Source: Candidatus Aminicenantes bacterium
Lineage (GTDB): Bacteria; Acidobacteriota; Aminicenantia; JAMOAD01
DNA: 64,000 bases
Reading direction: 5' to 3'
Assembly: GCA_035403085.1 (NCBI GenBank)
Contig: DAONEM010000002.1
Coordinates: forward strand, 10,876 to 74,875
Position numbers and translations under genes: made by a program. Positions 7,706-17,155 of the stretch are shown piece after piece. Position 1 is the stretch's first letter, and every line of letters starts with the position of its first letter. The notes below the pieces were generated by a model, which searched no databases, was not told where the DNA came from, and worked only from the letters and a program-made list of their open reading frames with translations.

Positions 7706-8174
7706 GGATTCCCCCCAGAAGACGGGCCATGACGGCGTAGTAGAGGGCCATGATCCCGGAGAAGGTCGCCGACCCGAGGAATCTGTGCGAGAGGGGAAGC
7801 TTGTTCTGGACAACGTAGTTTCCCACCGCCGAAAGGGGAAGGGAGATGAGGAAGGAGGAGAGGGAGGCGGCAAGAAGGCCTGAGGCCAGGAGTGCTTGGC
7901 CCGAGAAGAGGCGGAGGAAGAAGAGGTGTCTGGCGATCCAGAGGGGGTTGAAGTAGAGAAGGGCCAGGAGGAGCTTCCTCAAGGGGCGCTCTTCGGAGAG
8001 GCCGGAGATGATGGAGAAGGCCAGAGGAACCTCCCACGCGTAGAGGGAAGCGCCCACGAGGGAGAGCCCCAGGAAGCGACCCCACGTGAAAGAACCTGTC
8101 AGCAAGGCCCCCAAGGCGTCCCCGACGGGGTAGAGGATCGCCCCGGCGACGACCCGGCGCTTTTGGAGGATCAA
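7698..8174 (-). CDS. Small polytopic membrane protein of unknown function between the xdh Mo-subunit gene and xdhC
   Basis: Likely TTG start at 8174 (LILQKRR...) with RBS GGAGGAAGG 8 nt upstream, overlapping the xdh stop. About 4 hydrophobic segments. The first 107 codons of the ORF-track call overlap the xdh Mo-subunit gene in another frame. Confidence 0.45.
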   Translation of the reverse strand: MILQKRRVVAGAILYPVGDALGALLTGSFTWGRFLGLSLVGASLYAWEVPLAFSIISGLSEERPLRKLLLALLYFNPLWIARHLFFLRLFSGQALLASGLLAASLSSFLISLPLSAVGNYVVQNKLPLSHRFLGSATFSGIMALYYAVMARLLGGIHG

Positions 8175-10441
8175 GGCTTGCCTTCCTCCCTTTGGACGAG
8201 GAGGTTCAGGAGCCTTTCGTTGGTCAAGGGGGCGATCCCTTGGAAGGGTTGCGGCCTTCCCCAGGCGTTGATCGCCTTCCAAAGGGCTTGGTAGCCGGCG
8301 ATTCCGTAGAGGAAGGGGGGTTCGCCGGTCGCCTTCGACCCCAGGAGCCCCCGGACGCCTCCCTCCTCCTCTTCGAGAAAGCGGACATCCACCACCCCTG
8401 GGCAAGAGGAGAAATCTGGAACCTTGTAGGTGGTGAGGGTGTCGGTGATCATCTTCCCCTGAGGGGTCACCCTGCTCTCTTCGAGGGTGAGCCACCCGAG
8501 ACCCTGGAGGAAGGCCCCCTCAATCTGGCCGCGGTCCACCTCGGGTGCCGGTGTGCTCCCCACGTCGTGAACGACTTGGAATCTGTCGGTGCGAAAGGTT
8601 CCCCGAAGGGTGTCCAGGGTAACTTCGACCAAGGCCGTTCCAGAGACGTAGTAAGAGAAAGGCTCCCCCCGCTCTCTCTTACCGTCGAACCAGATGGCGG
8701 GGGTGGCGTAATGGACGAGGGCCGAGAGGTGAACCCGCTTTTGGTAGGCTTCCTTGACGACTCTCTCCCAGCTCCAGGTGGTCTTCTTCCCACCCCTTTC
8801 CAAGAGGCCCCTTCGGAAGAGAAGCTCCTCGGGAGAGGCGCCCAGAAGCTCCGCGGCGACGGCGAGGAGCCTTTCCTTCAGGAGGAGGGCGGCTCTTCGG
8901 GCGGCTTCGCCGTTCAGGTCCGCGCCGGTGCTGGCGGCGGTGGGGGAGGAGTTGGCGATGCGGGATGTGTCAGTGCTCTCCATACGGATTCGGGAGGGAG
9001 GGATTCCCAAGGTTTCCGCGACGGCCCTGGAGATCTTCACGGAGACTCCCTGGCCCATCTCTACGGCACCGGTGCTCACGGAGACGCTCCCGTCCGTGTA
9101 GACGTTGACCAGGGCGGAGGCCTGGTTGAGGGGGGTGTAGGTGAAGGCGATGCCGAAGTGGATCGGCATGAGGGCCGCCCCCTTCCGGCTCCAGGAAGCG
9201 GAGCGGTTGTACTCTTCGATCCTGGCCTCTGTCTCTTCCCAGCGGAAGAGGGCCTTCGCCTTCTTCCAACTGGCGGGGAGAGTCTCTTTCCCGAGGGTCT
9301 TCCCGTAGGGAAGGGTGTCCCCCTCCCTCAGAAGGTTGCGCTCCTTCAGCTCCTCCAGGGGAACCTTCATGGTCTCGGCGGCCTGGAAGAGGGCCGACTC
9401 TATCGCGAAAAAGGCTTGGGGGGCGCCGAAGCCTCTGAAGGCCGTTCTGGGCACATGGTCCGTCCGGCAACTGAGACCCGTGGCCCGCCCGTTGGGAACC
9501 CTGTAGGCTCCGGTGGCGTGGAGCAGGGTTCGGCTCAAGATAGAGAGGGAGAGGTCCATGGCGGCCCCTCCGTCCTGGTGAAAGAGGACCCGATAGGAGA
9601 GGATCCGCCCCTCTCGGTCGAGGCCGAGGGAGTAGTCCGTGGAGTAGGGATGGCGTTTCCCCGTGAAGGCCATGTCCTCCCTCCTGTTCAGGCTCAGGCG
9701 GAGAGGGCGGTTCAGGAGCCTGGCGCCGAGCGCGGCCAAAGCGGCCCAGGAGTTTGCGTTGGTCTCTTTCCCCCCGAAACCGCCACCCAGACGGAAGGCC
9801 TCTACGGTGACCAGGTGCATGGGGAGGCCGAGGATCCGGGCGACCGTCTTCTGGGTGCCCCCAGGGGACTGGGTGGATGAGAAGACCTTGACCCCTCCGT
9901 AGGGGAGAGGGAGGGCCAGGGCGCTCTGGGTTTCCATGTAGAGGTGTTCTTGATCACCCGAGTCGGCTCGTCCCTGAATCTTCCAGAAGGAGTCTTCCCA
10001 GGCCTTGTCAGGTTCACCCCAAGAGAGAACCTCGGGAGGGGCGTGGAGGCGTCCTTTGAGCGCGGCCTCCCGGGGATCGAACACGGGTCTCTCCCCAAGG
10101 GCCTCGACAACGATGAGGGGGAGGGCCCGGCGGGCGATCTCTTCGCTCTCGGCGACCACAAGGGCCAAGGGGTGACCGGGGTGGAGGATTCTTCGCTCCG
10201 CCAAGAACGGTTCGTCCGGAGCGAGGTCGTTCACCTGGTTCTCGCCGGGGATATCCTTGGCCGTAAAAACGGCCTTGACCCCCTCTAGGGCGAGGGCGGC
10301 AGAGGGGTCGATGCTCAGTAACTCCCCGCAGGGGACGGGAGGGGGTAAGACGGCTCCGAAGAGGGTCCCTTCGGGAAGGGGGAAGTCGACGACATAGAGG
10401 GGCTCCCCTTTCAGGGCCGCCAGGGAGAACTTTTTATCCAC
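8171..10441 (-). CDS. Xanthine dehydrogenase/aldehyde oxidase family molybdopterin-binding large subunit
   Basis: a/b-hammerhead and MoCo-binding regions (KDIPGENQVND, ETQSALALP, large C-terminal Mo domain). The ORF track starts at TTG 10492 with no RBS; GTG 10441 (VDKKFSLAALKG) follows an AGGAGAAAG RBS and overlaps the upstream stop. Confidence 0.8.
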   Translation of the reverse strand: MDKKFSLAALKGEPLYVVDFPLPEGTLFGAVLPPPVPCGELLSIDPSAALALEGVKAVFTAKDIPGENQVNDLAPDEPFLAERRILHPGHPLALVVAESEEIARRALPLIVVEALGERPVFDPREAALKGRLHAPPEVLSWGEPDKAWEDSFWKIQGRADSGDQEHLYMETQSALALPLPYGGVKVFSSTQSPGGTQKTVARILGLPMHLVTVEAFRLGGGFGGKETNANSWAALAALGARLLNRPLRLSLNRREDMAFTGKRHPYSTDYSLGLDREGRILSYRVLFHQDGGAAMDLSLSILSRTLLHATGAYRVPNGRATGLSCRTDHVPRTAFRGFGAPQAFFAIESALFQAAETMKVPLEELKERNLLREGDTLPYGKTLGKETLPASWKKAKALFRWEETEARIEEYNRSASWSRKGAALMPIHFGIAFTYTPLNQASALVNVYTDGSVSVSTGAVEMGQGVSVKISRAVAETLGIPPSRIRMESTDTSRIANSSPTAASTGADLNGEAARRAALLLKERLLAVAAELLGASPEELLFRRGLLERGGKKTTWSWERVVKEAYQKRVHLSALVHYATPAIWFDGKRERGEPFSYYVSGTALVEVTLDTLRGTFRTDRFQVVHDVGSTPAPEVDRGQIEGAFLQGLGWLTLEESRVTPQGKMITDTLTTYKVPDFSSCPGVVDVRFLEEEEGGVRGLLGSKATGEPPFLYGIAGYQALWKAINAWGRPQPFQGIAPLTNERLLNLLVQREEGKP

Positions 10442-11870
10442 CTTTCTCCTCCAGTACAAGGTTCTCAAGGAGGGGGGCCTGCTCGGGAGCAAGTCTCAAG
10501 AGAACGCCGGCGACCAGCCTTCCTAAGAGATGGGTCTTGTAGAGCGCGGAACCACGAACGTCGTCAATAGGGGTGACCTCTCCCTTCGCCGTCTCCCCGG
10601 CCTCCCGGATGAGCCCAGGAGAGAGGGGCGAGGAGAGGAGGAGGGCTGAGGTCTTCGAGAGGAGAAGGGGTACCGGGGCCACTCCTCCGGCGGCAAGACG
10701 GGCCTCCTCCAGGTGTCCCTCTTTGAGAAGGAGGAGGGCCGAGAGGTTCACCGAGGCGATATCCAACCGTTCCCGTCGGGAGACCTTCTCGAAGAACAAC
10801 CGGCTTCCCTCGGTAGGGAGGGGGATCAAGATTCTCTCCACAAGCTCTCCCGGAAGGAGGTCAACCTTTCGGTAGGCTAAGAAGAACCTCTCCAGGGGGA
10901 GGGTCCGTCGGCTGTTCCCCTTCACCAACCGGAGAGAGGAGCCCAGGGAGAGAAGGATCAGGGAGAGGTCTCCGATCGGGGAGGCGTTGACGAGATTCCC
11001 CGCCAGAGTTGCTCTGGCGCGTATGGGAGGAGAGGCCACGGAGAGAAGGGCGGTGGAGAGCTCGGGGAAGTGATCGGCCACCAGGGGAGAGAGACGGAAC
11101 TCCTCCAGGTTCACTCCGCCCCCCAGGGAGAGAAACTCGCCGCTTCTTCGAATCCCTTGAAGGGAGGGCTTGCGGGAGAGGAAGAGGGGGGAGGAAAGAG
11201 TCTCCCTCTGAACGAGAAGGTCTGTCGCCCCGCCGACGGGGAGAGCCCCCCGGCGATGGGAGGGAGGGGGAGGGTCGGGAAGGGCTTGGGCGAGGGAGGG
11301 AACCCAAGGGGGCAGAACCTTTCGGGCCACGAGCCACTCCATCCTGGCGAGGAGGCCACGGCGGCCGGACTCTTCGAATTCCCCCTTCTCCCAGAGGGAA
11401 CAGAGGGCTTCGATACCTCTGCCGAGGGAGGCGTAGCCTGTGCAACGGCAGAGGTTGCCTCCCAGAGCCTCCCTGGCGAGGGAGGAATCCAGGCGGGGGG
11501 AGTTGAGAAGGAAACCGGTGAGGGCGACGACGAATCCCGGTGAGCAGAAGCCGCACTGGACCACACCCGCCTCTTCCAGAGCCTTCTGGACCGGCGTGGT
11601 TCCCTCCGCCGAGAGGCCCTCGATGGTGAGGATGTGGCTCCCGTCGATCTCTCCGGCCGGGAGCAGGCAACTGTTAACGCTTCTGTAGAGGGTTTGCGCC
11701 CCCTCCCGTCGTCCCCAGAGGATCATGCAGGCCCCGCAGTCCCCCTCGCGGCAACCCTCCTTGGTCCCTACCAGGGAGAGGTCCCTTCTGAGAAGGTCGA
11801 CGACCCTTTGGGAAGGGGAGAGGGAGAGAGAGACTCTCCTCTGGTTGACCCAGAAGGTTGAGATTCCCAT
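10434..11870 (-). CDS. Xanthine dehydrogenase small subunit: N-terminal [2Fe-2S] domains fused to an FAD-binding domain
   Basis: CREGDCGACM and CGFCSPGF...CRCTGY 2Fe-2S motifs. CO-dehydrogenase-flavoprotein-like middle/C-terminal part. ATG 11870 (MGISTFWVNQRRV) preferred over the TTG 21 nt upstream. Confidence 0.8.
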   Translation of the reverse strand: MGISTFWVNQRRVSLSLSPSQRVVDLLRRDLSLVGTKEGCREGDCGACMILWGRREGAQTLYRSVNSCLLPAGEIDGSHILTIEGLSAEGTTPVQKALEEAGVVQCGFCSPGFVVALTGFLLNSPRLDSSLAREALGGNLCRCTGYASLGRGIEALCSLWEKGEFEESGRRGLLARMEWLVARKVLPPWVPSLAQALPDPPPPSHRRGALPVGGATDLLVQRETLSSPLFLSRKPSLQGIRRSGEFLSLGGGVNLEEFRLSPLVADHFPELSTALLSVASPPIRARATLAGNLVNASPIGDLSLILLSLGSSLRLVKGNSRRTLPLERFFLAYRKVDLLPGELVERILIPLPTEGSRLFFEKVSRRERLDIASVNLSALLLLKEGHLEEARLAAGGVAPVPLLLSKTSALLLSSPLSPGLIREAGETAKGEVTPIDDVRGSALYKTHLLGRLVAGVLLRLAPEQAPLLENLVLEEKGG

Positions 11871-11887
11871 CTTCGCAGGGGCTCCGA

Positions 11888-12331
11888 TCAAGGGATCAGA
11901 CCGGAACGGCGAAAGTTTCTCACCGTGTGCTTGACGGTGAAGTGGAGGTCAGGAATGGGCTTGGCCAAGGGGAACCAGCCGACGGCGCTGAACTTCCAGT
12001 TGGGGCTGGGCCAGTTCTCCGGTTTCTCTTTCACTCGAGAGAGATAGGTCCTGTACTCCCAGACGAAGGGGATCTGAATGAGGGTAACCTTGGTCTCGTC
12101 GGTGGCGAAGTAGCGTTCATCCAGGAGGAACTCCGTATTGGGGGCGCCGAACTCGGAACAGGTCTCCCGGAGGGCGCACTCCCAGTAACTCTCCCGATCC
12201 TTCCGGATTCCCCCGGGGATGCTCCAGACTCCAGAGGGTTTCGGGGTCCTCTTTCCAAGAAGGATCTCTCCACCCTGGGGGGTAGGGTAGAAGAAGAGGA
12301 ACCCCGCGCCCTCATACTTTTTCACCTTCAT
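11888..12331 (-). CDS. NUDIX hydrolase
   Basis: Nudix box GGIRKDRESYWECALRETCSEFG. ATG 12331 is preceded by GGAGGTGA. The upstream 116 codons of the ORF are a non-coding-like extension. Confidence 0.75.
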   Translation of the reverse strand: MKVKKYEGAGFLFFYPTPQGGEILLGKRTPKPSGVWSIPGGIRKDRESYWECALRETCSEFGAPNTEFLLDERYFATDETKVTLIQIPFVWEYRTYLSRVKEKPENWPSPNWKFSAVGWFPLAKPIPDLHFTVKHTVRNFRRSGLIP

Positions 12332-12400
12332 CTCACCTCCTCTCGGAACGGAAAGACCGCTCCCATAATACTGTAATCCCGAGAGGGGGGGGTTGTCAAA

Positions 12401-12443
12401 GGGGGGGGAAAAAGAGGGCGGAGGTCCCGGCGGCTCCGCCCTC
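12401..12443 (-). terminator. Rho-independent terminator after the M28 peptidase gene
   Basis: GAGGGCGGAG-N10-CTCCGCCCTC stem followed on the minus strand by TTTTTCCCCCCCC, 8 nt after the stop. Confidence 0.6.
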
Positions 12444-12450
12444 GCCCAAT

Positions 12451-13929
12451 TCAAAGGTCCGCGTTCGCGGCTTCGGTCAAACCGAGGAAGAGAAGCCGAG
12501 AGACGTCTTCCATGATCTCCGGCGTCAACTCCTGCCAGGTGTCCCGAGGATCGTGGTAGTAGATAGGTTTGACGGTGTCGGTTGCTCCCACGCCGATGGT
12601 CGGGAAGCCCGCCCGGGAGAAGACGGCGCCGTCGCTCCGGGGTCTGCCGTAGGAGGGACGGTTCTGGGAGGCGCGCCAAGGCCTGTGGATGTACCGGTCG
12701 TTCGCCTTTCTGAAGATCTCCTCAATCTTAGGATAGGAGAGTCCCCCCCAGAGGGAGAGCCCCGTTCCGTTTCCGACCATGTCCAAGTTCATGAAGATCT
12801 TGGTCTTTTGGAGAGGGAAGAGGGGGTGCTGGGTGTAGTAGGTACTGCCCAGAAGGCCGCTCTCCTCCCCGCCGAAGAAGAGGAAAAGGAGCGACCGCTT
12901 GCGGGGGAGGGGAGAAGTTCCGAGGGCCTGGGCGGCGCCGAGGATGTCCACGCACCCCGAGGCGTTGTCCAAGGCGCCGGGGAAGAGGGTTCCAATGGTT
13001 CCCAGATGGTCCAGATGACCGCCGAGGATGAGGACTTCCCCCTTCAACTCAGGATCGCTTCCCTCCAGGAGTCCGACAACGTTGCACCCTTTCCCCTCGG
13101 GATGGCGTGTCGTGGAGGCGGTGATCCTCGCCTTGAGGGAGGTGGAGAAGGACCGAGGCTTGAGGGTCTTGACGATCTCCTCCTTGAGCACCTGGATGTC
13201 TTTCCCTGTAGGGAGAAGGAGTTGGCGGGCCAGTTCGTGTGTGGTGTGGGCGTAGACGAAGCCCGGCTGGTAGAGGGTGTTGGGGTTTCCTACCTTGTCC
13301 AGGACGAGCAAGCCGGCGGCCCCATGGCGGAGGGCGTTTTCCAGCTTGTGGCGGGTCCCGTTGTAGGGGGCCCAGGCGGCGCCTGGGGGATCGTTCTTTT
13401 CGTAGGGGCTTCCGGATTCCACAAGGACGATCTTCCCCTTCGCCGTGATGCCACGGTAATCGTCGTATTTCAGCTCCGGAGCGGTTATGCCGAAGCCGAC
13501 GTAGACAACCTCCCCTTCGACCTTTCCAGAGGCCGAGTTGGAGCCGGGGAAGTACTCATCGGGGAAGAGGAGCGGCCTCTCTTTGAGGGCTCCGGAGCCG
13601 TCCTTTACGAGAAAGACGACGGAACCGGCGGAGTCCACGGAGGTGTAGGGGGCCGGGAACTCCTGAAAATAGGTCCCGCCTTCGCCGCCGGGGCGGATAC
13701 CCCACTCCTTCAGCCGATCCGCAACCCACTGGGCGGTCAGGCGGTACTCGGGGGTTCCGGTAAGCCTTCCTCCGAACTCGGGGGAGGTGAGCTTCTGGGC
13801 GTATCCCAGAAGGGTGTTGCTGGAAATGTTGTGAAACCCTTTCAGAAGCTCTTGCTCTCGGTCATCGGCTCCGAGAGAGGAGAAGGAGAAGAGAAGGGAG
13901 AGAGAAAGAATCAGGGCGAACCGTTTCAT
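12451..13929 (-). CDS. Secreted M28-family aminopeptidase with PA (protease-associated) domain
   Basis: Signal peptide. Zn ligands in ILGGHLDHLG, ...DNASGCV..., FGGEESGLLGS, HxD region. RBS GAGGAGG. Confidence 0.8.
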   Translation of the reverse strand: MKRFALILSLSLLFSFSSLGADDREQELLKGFHNISSNTLLGYAQKLTSPEFGGRLTGTPEYRLTAQWVADRLKEWGIRPGGEGGTYFQEFPAPYTSVDSAGSVVFLVKDGSGALKERPLLFPDEYFPGSNSASGKVEGEVVYVGFGITAPELKYDDYRGITAKGKIVLVESGSPYEKNDPPGAAWAPYNGTRHKLENALRHGAAGLLVLDKVGNPNTLYQPGFVYAHTTHELARQLLLPTGKDIQVLKEEIVKTLKPRSFSTSLKARITASTTRHPEGKGCNVVGLLEGSDPELKGEVLILGGHLDHLGTIGTLFPGALDNASGCVDILGAAQALGTSPLPRKRSLLFLFFGGEESGLLGSTYYTQHPLFPLQKTKIFMNLDMVGNGTGLSLWGGLSYPKIEEIFRKANDRYIHRPWRASQNRPSYGRPRSDGAVFSRAGFPTIGVGATDTVKPIYYHDPRDTWQELTPEIMEDVSRLLFLGLTEAANADL

Positions 13930-13984
13930 GAAGACCTCCTCTGCGGTAGAGAAGGATTATACGCAGAGGCGAGAGATAATCCTC

Positions 13985-14716
13985 TCAGGAGAGGGAAGAA
14001 ATTCTCCAATAGTTGGAGAAGGAGAGGTCGAGACGAAAGCTCTTCTTGAAGAAGAGAAATCCCCCCGAGCCCTCCACGACCATGCGGCGGGGGTGCCAGA
14101 CCCCCCGGGGCGCGGTTTCGTAGAAGGTCGTACTCTTCATGGAGCGCACCTTCTTGGGAAGGGGGGAGAGGGAGCTCTCCGTTTTCAAGGGAGCCCCGGT
14201 CTTCTCATCCAGCCAGGCCATACCCAGGGAGCGGAAGGGCCGTGCCTTTCCGTCCTTGAGGGACCTCCCCTCCTGGATGAAGCGGAAGAGGCGGCAACTC
14301 TTTCCCTCCAGAGTCTCCGAACGTCCGGTCTCTTGAACGAAGACCTTCGCCTCTGGGTTGAAGGGGGAATCCTGGAAGGGGAAGAGGCGGCTTCCCTCCC
14401 TTTTTTCCTCGGATTTTCTGAGCGCCTCCGTCCTGTCCCGGCCGTTTTGAAGGATCTTGAGAATCTCCCAGCGGTAGCCCTTGGGAGAGCCAGAAAAGGT
14501 CCGGATCCAAACCTCCCCCTCTCGGCGGGTCCGGCGGTCTCCCACCCGGAGAGAGCTTTTCTGAACGACGATTCCGGGGATTCGATTCCGGTTTTTCAAG
14601 AAGAAGGCCTGAGCCTTTTTCCAAAGCTCGGGAACCTGTCCCCCTCCGTTGGGTAGAGAAAGGAGGGGAAGGGAGAGGAAAAGAAGGAAAAGAAGAGGGC
14701 GGAGGCTCTTGACCAC
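13985..14716 (-). CDS. Secreted hypothetical protein (possible LolA-like/lipoprotein-carrier fold); GTG start
   Basis: GTG start with a GGAGA RBS. Signal peptide MVKSLRPLLFLLFLSLPLLSLP. No motif is recognised with confidence. Confidence 0.4.
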   Translation of the reverse strand: MVKSLRPLLFLLFLSLPLLSLPNGGGQVPELWKKAQAFFLKNRNRIPGIVVQKSSLRVGDRRTRREGEVWIRTFSGSPKGYRWEILKILQNGRDRTEALRKSEEKREGSRLFPFQDSPFNPEAKVFVQETGRSETLEGKSCRLFRFIQEGRSLKDGKARPFRSLGMAWLDEKTGAPLKTESSLSPLPKKVRSMKSTTFYETAPRGVWHPRRMVVEGSGGFLFFKKSFRLDLSFSNYWRISSLS

Positions 14717-14844
14717 GGTATCTCCAAAAAATTATCTCCCCTATTATGACATAAAGATGAGACCCGGAGGAAGGACGAAGAGAGGCCTTTTTCTTCTTTA
14801 CCCGAAAGAGCCTTTGATGGCTCCGCTACGGAGCGCCTTCCCCT

Positions 14845-14872
14845 TTACAGAATCGGGAATAGGCCGTAAAAT
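14845..14872 (+). promoter_or_regulatory. Candidate sigma70 promoter for the first TPR gene (TTACAG-N16-TAAAAT)
   Basis: Hexamers about 30 nt upstream of the AAGGGAGG RBS and the ATG at 14905. Confidence 0.3.
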
Positions 14873-14904
14873 AGAGAGGTTACCCAATTCAAAGGGAGGA
14901 TTTA

Positions 14905-15891
14905 ATGAAAAAAGCGCTTATTCTTTTTGTTGCCTGCACACTCTTTCTCGGAGGCCTTTCCCTCTTTGCCGCCGATAAAGACCAGAAGATTTCCAAAGAC
15001 GCCGAAAAGATCATGAAGGAAGCTGATAAGGCCTTCAAAGCCAAGGAGTTCGACAAGGCCCTGGAACTCTTTAAACAGGTTACCACCATGGAGCCTAACT
15101 ACGCTTCCGCATGGTACGATGTCGCCGTGGTCTGTCAGAACCAGGGAAAGCTCGCCGAGGCTGCGGAGAGCGCCGAGAAGGCTTTTCAGCTTAAGCCCGA
15201 CAACCCGAAGTTCAAAGAGATCCTCGTGAAAGACCTCGACTACCTTGGGAAGAAGGCCTTTCAGGACAAGGAAGCCGAGAAGGCCTACGGGTACATGAAA
15301 CGGCTCCTGGCCGTGCCCGGCATGGAAACCGAAAACCCCGGCTTCTACCTCTCCGCTCTCTACATCGCCGGAGTCTCCGCCGTTCAGCTTGAGAAGGCCC
15401 CTGAGGCGGTTGAAATCTTCAAGACCTTCCTCGGCGTGAGCAAGGATCCCCAGTTCAACGCGCTGGCGGAGTTCTTTGTCGGCCACAGCCTCTTCCTGGA
15501 GCTCGAGAAAGAGGTGAAGCCCATGAAGGATGAGATCCAGAAGATGGGAGACGAGAGAAACGCCAAGGCCGCCGACCCCACCATCAAGCAGGCCCAGAAG
15601 GACACGCTTCTTGCGGATTACGACAAGAAGATCTCTGGCGTGAAGGCCAAGATGGGCGAGACCGCCAAAGCCAAAGGGGAGATCGTCACCTACCTCGAGA
15701 AGTCCCTCTCCGTGAAGGCTGACAACGAAGACGCCTTCGTGGACCTTGGGAACTACTACTACTACGCCAACGACCTGGACAAGTCGATCGAGACCTACAA
15801 CAAGCTCATCGCCGCCTTCCCCCAGTCCGGAAACCTCTCCTCTTATAAGAGCTTCGTCGATTCTTTGACGAAAGAAAAGAGCGGGAAGTAA
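14905..15891 (+). CDS. Secreted tetratricopeptide-repeat protein
   Basis: Signal peptide MKKALILFVACTLFLGGLSLFA. Multiple TPR-like A..Y..A..G repeats. Lys-rich, about 50% GC. Confidence 0.7.
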   Translation: MKKALILFVACTLFLGGLSLFAADKDQKISKDAEKIMKEADKAFKAKEFDKALELFKQVTTMEPNYASAWYDVAVVCQNQGKLAEAAESAEKAFQLKPDNPKFKEILVKDLDYLGKKAFQDKEAEKAYGYMKRLLAVPGMETENPGFYLSALYIAGVSAVQLEKAPEAVEIFKTFLGVSKDPQFNALAEFFVGHSLFLELEKEVKPMKDEIQKMGDERNAKAADPTIKQAQKDTLLADYDKKISGVKAKMGETAKAKGEIVTYLEKSLSVKADNEDAFVDLGNYYYYANDLDKSIETYNKLIAAFPQSGNLSSYKSFVDSLTKEKSGK

Positions 15892-15930
15892 TCTGAGAGA
15901 CGAAAGAAAGGGAACGAAAGTTTAAACTTG

Positions 15931-15964
15931 CCCCGGATCGAGGAGTAGGCTCCCCGATCCGGGG
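15931..15964 (+). terminator. Hairpin terminator after the first TPR gene
   Basis: CCCCGGATCG-N12-CGATCCGGGG followed by TTCCGCATTCC. Confidence 0.4.
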
Positions 15965-16041
15965 TTCCGCATTCCAAGAGAAGCGAGACAGACAACATAA
16001 CGATCAAGAGCCCCTCGAGTCAGGAGGGGTGGGAGGAAAAG

Positions 16042-16989
16042 ATGAAGAAAAAAGCACTCCTGTTTTCCCTTACGGTTCTCCTTATGGCAGGGGTCATCTT
16101 CGCCCAGGAAGGCAGGGGCGGAGGACGCCTCATGGGTGAAGTCGTCGACGAGAGCGGGAAGGCTCTGGAAGGGGCGAAGATCAAACTCGCCTACGTTGAA
16201 TACAAGTACAAGGCCGAAACGGTCTCCAACGATAAGGGTCAGTGGGGTTTCATCGGTATCGGGAAAGGAACCGTTATCGTCACGGCGGAGAAAGAGGGTT
16301 TCGTGATGGGGCAGATTCAGCTGGGGGTCAGCGGCGCCAACAAGAACCCTACACAGAAGATTGTTCTTCAGAAGCCCCAAAGCGCCGCCGCCGATCCGGC
16401 GAGCGCGTTTTTCGTGAAGGGATCCGACCTCTACGATCAAGGAAAGTACGAAGAGGCCAAGGAGGCTTTCACCCAGTTTTTAGCGGAGAACCCCACCGCA
16501 TCGAGGGTGAGGGTGAACATCGGCAACTGTCTCCTGAACCTCGGGAAGTACGACGAGGCGATCGCCGAGTTTGAGAAACTGGCCGCCGAGCTGGAGGCCA
16601 AACCGGTCGACCCCGAGACGACGACTCTGAAGGCGCAGGTGTACGCAAGCATCGCGGATACCTACATGCGCCAGGATAAGTTTGAACAGGCCATGGAGTT
16701 CTTCAAGAAGGCCTTGGCGTGTAACCCCGGTGACCCGGCCATCCCTTTCAACATCGGCGAGATTATGCTCAACGCCGGCAACGGGACCGAAGCCGTCAAG
16801 TACTACAACATTGCCATTCAGATTAAGCCCCAATGGGCCAAGGCGTACATGAAGTTGGGATATGCCTACTTGAACCAAGGCGATACGACCTCTGCGGTGA
16901 CAAACCTCAAGAAGTTTTTAGAGTTGGCTCCCGAGGACCCCGAGGCCGGCGCCGTTCAGGGCGTTATCAAGAGTCTGACGAAGAAATAA
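16042..16989 (+). CDS. Secreted protein with carboxypeptidase-regulatory-like (CarbopepD_reg) beta-sandwich and TPR repeats
   Basis: Signal peptide MKKKALLFSLTVLLMAGVIFAQ. GEVVDESGKALEGAKIKL...SNDKGQWGF is a CarbopepD_reg-like N-domain. Several TPRs follow (YDQGKYEEAKEAFTQFL, NLGKYDEAIAEFEKL, ...). RBS GGGAGGAAAAG. Confidence 0.7.
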   Translation: MKKKALLFSLTVLLMAGVIFAQEGRGGGRLMGEVVDESGKALEGAKIKLAYVEYKYKAETVSNDKGQWGFIGIGKGTVIVTAEKEGFVMGQIQLGVSGANKNPTQKIVLQKPQSAAADPASAFFVKGSDLYDQGKYEEAKEAFTQFLAENPTASRVRVNIGNCLLNLGKYDEAIAEFEKLAAELEAKPVDPETTTLKAQVYASIADTYMRQDKFEQAMEFFKKALACNPGDPAIPFNIGEIMLNAGNGTEAVKYYNIAIQIKPQWAKAYMKLGYAYLNQGDTTSAVTNLKKFLELAPEDPEAGAVQGVIKSLTKK

Positions 16990-16995
16990 AGAAGC

Positions 16996-17066
16996 GGTTT
17001 ATCACTTCCGCAGGAGATAAACCTAAGCGAGGCTCCCGAAGGGTTTCCCTTCGGGAGCCTTTTTTT
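16996..17066 (+). terminator. Tandem hairpins after the second TPR gene; the second is a canonical rho-independent terminator
   Basis: GGTTTATC-N12-GATAAACC, then GGCTCCCGAAGGG-ttt-CCCTTCGGGAGCC followed by TTTTTTT. Confidence 0.7.
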
Positions 17067-17155
17067 GTCCTCCCCTCCGAAGCGTCTCCCAGGCCTCTAC
17101 AATGCCGTCGGAATGGCCTAACCCTCTTTCAAGAGACGCGCGTTGGTAGCGCCCC

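Noticed and set aside
8192-9880. Long antisense or alternative-frame ORFs (e.g. 8192-9880 +562 aa, 12553-14049 +498 aa, 32868-35462 +864 aa, 23741-25024 -427 aa, 36266-37831 +521 aa, 44936-45697 +253 aa)
   Set aside because: All lie opposite or out of frame to well-supported genes (xdh, M28 peptidase, lon, dxs, etc.). Their products are Arg/Gly/Pro/Glu low-complexity strings with no motifs. High GC suppresses stop codons and generates such ORFs.
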